From contig OY969585.1 in the NCBI GenBank assembly GCA_963701295.1, positions 2,624,001-2,688,000 of the forward strand: a stretch of 64,000 bases of DNA, read 5' to 3'. The position numbers were made by a program, and so were the translations under genes. Positions 59,925-64,000 of this stretch are shown one piece after another. Under the pieces are notes generated by a model. That model saw nothing but the letters and a program-made list of their open reading frames with translations, did no database searches and was not told the origin of the DNA. Within the stretch, counting starts at the first letter, position 1. Each line of letters begins with the position of its first letter. The DNA comes from Ignavibacteriota bacterium. Lineage in GTDB: Bacteria; Bacteroidota; Ignavibacteria; UBA10030.

Positions 59925-61157
59925 ATGGATACACCAAATAATAACATTACAGAAAGTTTTGTTAAGATTTCACGAAGAGGGCGAGAGATTCAAGGATCTC
60001 CTATTCGAAAACTTACAGCTATTGCAGAGGCTCGCAAGAAGCAGGGAATCCACGTTTACCATTTGAATATCGGTCAGCCGGATTTACCAACGCCGTTGCC
60101 TGTGCTGGAAGCAGTGCATAAAATTTCACGTCAAACAATTGAGTACGCACCGTCCAATGGTTTACCGGAATCACTCAAAGCATGGAAAAAATATTTTGGA
60201 CATTTTGGGATTCTCTTTGATGAAAGCGAACTTATTGTTACAACCGGCGGATCCGAAGCAATTACGTTAGCTATGTGTGCCGTCTGCGACACAGACGACG
60301 AGATAATAGTTTTCGAACCGACCTATGCAAATTACAATGGTTTTGCAGGTATCGCGAATGTGAAACTCAAGGCGATTCCAACTTCGATAGAAAATGGCTT
60401 CCATCTTCCATCGGAAGAGGTGATAGAATCCTTTGTCACGAACAGGACACGAGCGATCCTTTATTGTAGTCCATCCAATCCTTCTGGAACGATTTATAGC
60501 CGGGAAGAAATGCAACGGCTTGTCAATTTGGCGCTGAAGCATGGATTATTCATTCTCTCCGATGAAACATACCGCGAGTTTGCGTATGAGAAGAAAGCAA
60601 TAAGCATTGCAGATTTTCCTCAGGTACGAGATCGTGCAATTGTGCTCGAAAGCTGTTCAAAGAAATTCAATGTATGCGGCGCTCGTATCGGTGTGCTTGC
60701 GAGTCACAACAAAGAGATTGCTTCTACAACCTTGAAGTTCTGTCAGGCGCGGCTTTCAGTAGCGACGATTGAACAATTAGCAATGGTTCCACTTCTTGAG
60801 AATCCGGAACCTTATACGCGTCCTCTTGTTGAAGAATTTAAAAGACGGCGGAATCTTGTATGCGCAGAATTGAAAACAATTCCAGGTGTTGTCTCTTATA
60901 TACCGGAAGGAGCGTTCTACATTGTTGTGGGTTTGCCGGTTAAAGATGCGGAACATTTTTCTCGGTGGTTGATTGAAAAGTTTGAGTACGAACGTGAAAC
61001 AGTTTTGCTGGCACCGGCACAAGGTTTTTATGTCACTCCGGGCAAAGGCATAAATGAAGTTCGACTGGCGTTTATGCTGAAAATCGATGATCTCAAACGA
61101 TCGCTGAAGATACTCAGGGAAGCACTCAAACTCTATCAGCGGACTTCTACGCAATAG
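59925..61157 (+). CDS. pyridoxal-phosphate class I/II aminotransferase (aspartate aminotransferase-like)
   Basis: NIGQPD, TGGSEA, NPSG, DETY, SKKFNVCGARIG. Confidence 0.92.
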   Translation: MDTPNNNITESFVKISRRGREIQGSPIRKLTAIAEARKKQGIHVYHLNIGQPDLPTPLPVLEAVHKISRQTIEYAPSNGLPESLKAWKKYFGHFGILFDESELIVTTGGSEAITLAMCAVCDTDDEIIVFEPTYANYNGFAGIANVKLKAIPTSIENGFHLPSEEVIESFVTNRTRAILYCSPSNPSGTIYSREEMQRLVNLALKHGLFILSDETYREFAYEKKAISIADFPQVRDRAIVLESCSKKFNVCGARIGVLASHNKEIASTTLKFCQARLSVATIEQLAMVPLLENPEPYTRPLVEEFKRRRNLVCAELKTIPGVVSYIPEGAFYIVVGLPVKDAEHFSRWLIEKFEYERETVLLAPAQGFYVTPGKGINEVRLAFMLKIDDLKRSLKILREALKLYQRTSTQ

Positions 61158-61172
61158 CGGAATACATGTCCC

Positions 61173-62852
61173 ATGGCGAAGATCACGATTGACGGGAAAG
61201 AACTACAAGTCGATCCGAAGCTGACAGTTATTCAAGCAGCGTCACAAAACGGAATTCATATCCCGCATTTCTGCTGGCATCCAAAACTTTCCGTTGCAGG
61301 TAACTGCCGAATTTGTCTGGTGGAAGTCGAGAAAATGCCGAAACTTGTCATTGCGTGTGCCACGCAAGTTGCAGAAGGAATGGTCGTCAAGACTAAGAGC
61401 GAAAAAGTTGTCAAAGCTCGCAATTCTGTGATGGAATTTTTACTCATCAATCATCCACTGGATTGCCCGATCTGCGATGAAGCCGGTGAGTGCAAACTCC
61501 AAAATTATGCTTATAAATACAGCATTGGCACCAGCCGGTTTCAAGAGGATAAAGTTCACAAACCAAAGCGTGTAGAGCTTAGCCCATATGTGTTATTAGA
61601 TGTTGAACGCTGCATTATGTGTTCTCGCTGCATCCGATTCTCTGAAGAAATCGCGCACCAATCTGCACTCACATTTACCGAACGCGGTACCCATGTTGTC
61701 CTGACGACATTTCCCGGCACTCAGTTGGATAATCCATATAGTATGAATATCATCGATATTTGCCCGGTTGGTGCGCTCACAAGCCGCGACTTCCGATTCA
61801 AAGCGCGGGTGTGGGAGATGTCGTCCACAGACAGTATTTGCGTCGGATGTGCACGCGGGTGCAATATACACGTGTGGGTTCGTAATAATGAAATCCTTCG
61901 GCTGACACCTCGAAAAAATGAAGAAGTGAATTCCTGTTGGATGTGCGATGATGGACGATTGAATTCTTTTAAAAGCGTAGCAAGCGAGAAACGACTAAAT
62001 GGTTCTCTCATTAGGAAAGACGGTGTCAAAGTAGAAGTAGGCTGGGATGAAGCTATTTCCAAAGTTGTCTCAGAACTGCGTACTTATCGTAAACATGAAA
62101 TCGCAGGAATCGCATCAGCATACGCAACCAATGAGGACAACTACATCTTCACTCGGTTCATCAAGGAAGTGATCGGAAGTAAGAGCATTGGAGTTCTTTC
62201 TCATGTACAATCCGGCAGCGAAGATGATCTTCTTATTCGAGCCGATAAAACACCAAACAGCCTTGGTGCGTTATCAGTAGGAGCGGCAGGAGAGAATAGG
62301 ACAATTGGAATAGATCATATTCTCAAAGGAATCTCTGAAGGAACTATTAAAGTACTTTATGTTCTGGAAGACAACATCGCAGCTGATCCGAAAATCGCTG
62401 AGACGCTGAAGAATCTTGAAATATTAATTGTGCATTCATCAGTGAGGAATGAAACTACCGCGAAAGCAGACATTGTTCTTTCAGCATCGACATTTGCTGA
62501 AAAACATGGGACGATGACAAATTTCAAAGGACGCGTGCAGCGCATACGGCCCACAGTTGCAATGATTGAACAGGAGCGTACCATGGATGGCATGGCGATG
62601 AGCCGATGGGATAAATTTGCCGCACAAAATGATTCGTGGGGAAAAGGGACAAAACGTGATGCACGTTCATCCTGGAGAATTATTGCCGCCGTTGCTTCTG
62701 CGATGGGCGGAAAAATGAAGTATGCAACAGCAGAAGAAGTTTTCAAAGAAATGTCGGAACGTCTTCCTGCGTTCAAAGGTTTATCCTATGCGAAGGTTGG
62801 AAATCATAGCGCTGTTCTCAAAGAAATAAAATCCGCGTCTGTGAAAAAATAG
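61173..62852 (+). CDS. nuoG: NADH-quinone oxidoreductase subunit G
   Basis: PHFCWH..GNCRICLV, NHPLDCPICDEAGEC, RCIMCSRC, DICPVGAL, CVGCARGC. Confidence 0.9.
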   Translation: MAKITIDGKELQVDPKLTVIQAASQNGIHIPHFCWHPKLSVAGNCRICLVEVEKMPKLVIACATQVAEGMVVKTKSEKVVKARNSVMEFLLINHPLDCPICDEAGECKLQNYAYKYSIGTSRFQEDKVHKPKRVELSPYVLLDVERCIMCSRCIRFSEEIAHQSALTFTERGTHVVLTTFPGTQLDNPYSMNIIDICPVGALTSRDFRFKARVWEMSSTDSICVGCARGCNIHVWVRNNEILRLTPRKNEEVNSCWMCDDGRLNSFKSVASEKRLNGSLIRKDGVKVEVGWDEAISKVVSELRTYRKHEIAGIASAYATNEDNYIFTRFIKEVIGSKSIGVLSHVQSGSEDDLLIRADKTPNSLGALSVGAAGENRTIGIDHILKGISEGTIKVLYVLEDNIAADPKIAETLKNLEILIVHSSVRNETTAKADIVLSASTFAEKHGTMTNFKGRVQRIRPTVAMIEQERTMDGMAMSRWDKFAAQNDSWGKGTKRDARSSWRIIAAVASAMGGKMKYATAEEVFKEMSERLPAFKGLSYAKVGNHSAVLKEIKSASVKK

Positions 62853-62868
62853 AAAAGAAAATATATAG

Positions 62869-63933
62869 ATGGATATCATTTCAGTACTTATTGTTCTCAT
62901 CAAGATACTCATCATTATGTTCGGAGTTCTTGTCCTCGGCGCTGCGATGGCGGTACTAGCAGAACGGCGTGTCAGTGCATTCATACAAGATCGAGTTGGA
63001 CCTAATCGAGTAGGGCCGGGCGGAATTATTCAGCCGTTTGCGGATGTCGTGAAGCTTATGATGAAGGAAGATATTGTTTCGCGACAGGCAAACCGCTTCA
63101 TTCATGATCTCGCACCGATTATTTCTATCACCATCGCTTTGAGCACGTTTGCAATTATTCCGTTTGGAAATTCCATCGAATTGTTCGGACGGCAAATCAA
63201 GCTCATGATTGCAGATGTAGACATCGGTATACTTTATCTTCTTGCACTCACATCTGTCGGTGTGTATGGAGTAAGTCTTGCCGGTTGGTCGTCCAATAAT
63301 AAATATTCGCTTCTTGGCGGATTGCGTTCCTCTGCACAGCTCATTAGTTATGAGCTTTCCATGGGTCTGTCTCTTATCGGTATTATCATGATTTCCGGAA
63401 CATTACGGTTAGATCAAACTGTTCTTCAGCAGACGGCATATTGGTGGGGTATCATTCCCAAATGGAATATTTTTCTTCAGCCGTTGGGATTTATTACATT
63501 TATGATTGCATCGTTCGCTGAAACTAACCGGCTCCCGTTTGATTTGCCCGAAGCGGAACCAGAATTGGTCGGCGGGTACCATACGGAATACACCGGCATG
63601 AAATTCGGATTGTTTTTCCTTGCAGAATACGCCAACGTAATAACATCCAGCGCGGTCACTGTAACGCTGTTCTTTGGCGGATGGCATCTCCCATTTGCAG
63701 AGCAGTGGGGACTTTCGCCATTGATGTTAAATCTTGTACAGATGCTCACGTTTCTCACAAAAGTCATTTTTCTCGTGTTATTCTTTATTATCGTGCGATG
63801 GACGATTCCTCGCTTTAGATACGATCAATTGATGCGGATCGGCTGGAAGGTGATGCTGCCCATGGCTATTGCAAATTTCTTGCTCACTGGTTTAGTTATT
63901 CTCAGTTTACAGTGGTTCGGAGTCATGAGATAG
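62869..63933 (+). CDS. nuoH: NADH-quinone oxidoreductase subunit H
   Basis: QDRVGPNRVG, KYSLLGGLR, ETNRLPFDLPEAE, PRFRYDQLM. Confidence 0.96.
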   Translation: MDIISVLIVLIKILIIMFGVLVLGAAMAVLAERRVSAFIQDRVGPNRVGPGGIIQPFADVVKLMMKEDIVSRQANRFIHDLAPIISITIALSTFAIIPFGNSIELFGRQIKLMIADVDIGILYLLALTSVGVYGVSLAGWSSNNKYSLLGGLRSSAQLISYELSMGLSLIGIIMISGTLRLDQTVLQQTAYWWGIIPKWNIFLQPLGFITFMIASFAETNRLPFDLPEAEPELVGGYHTEYTGMKFGLFFLAEYANVITSSAVTVTLFFGGWHLPFAEQWGLSPLMLNLVQMLTFLTKVIFLVLFFIIVRWTIPRFRYDQLMRIGWKVMLPMAIANFLLTGLVILSLQWFGVMR

Positions 63934-64000
63934 TGGATTCGCCGGATAAAATAATTCGCAAGAAAGATCTTAGCCTGCTGCAGAAGATGTACATCCCGGA
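63933..64000 (+). CDS. probable start of NuoI (truncated by window)
   Basis: GTG overlapping nuoH stop; open frame DSPDKIIRKKDLSLLQKMYIP; canonical nuoH-nuoI order. Confidence 0.5.
   Translation, partial: MDSPDKIIRKKDLSLLQKMYIP

Overview
This 64 kb bacterial chromosome segment has gene content suggesting the FCB group, probably Ignavibacteria-like (inference from PorV/T9SS-type proteins, DUF4835, a long SecA, an S46 peptidase and futalosine genes). The housekeeping backbone is Omp85-holB-metG, mqnD-menG, tatD, secA-glnB-era-EamA-uvrC, an MsbA/GT9/O-antigen-ligase LPS block, a PorV-pair plus secreted cargo operon, a GT2/deacetylase/flippase operon, M16 peptidase-aminotransferase and nuoG-nuoH-nuoI. 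Two parts are unusual. (1) At 4.3-7.6 kb the futalosine menaquinone pathway looks decayed: a chimeric mqnC/mqnA remnant and a frameshifted mqnC flank a degenerate TIR-domain gene and follow an intact MenA-like prenyltransferase. (2) At ~10.6-23.6 kb an accessory tract of co-oriented, unrelated genes is separated by at least four families of short palindromic (REP-like) elements, several of them nested. Two of these families also sit in frame inside a Type IIG restriction-modification gene, which additionally has an AT-rich, apparently swapped specificity region. An orphan HPPD/HglS-like putative dioxygenase lies at 57-58.4 kb. I saw no rRNA, tRNA, CRISPR array, integrase or transposase. All calls come from reading motifs by eye; no database search was run.
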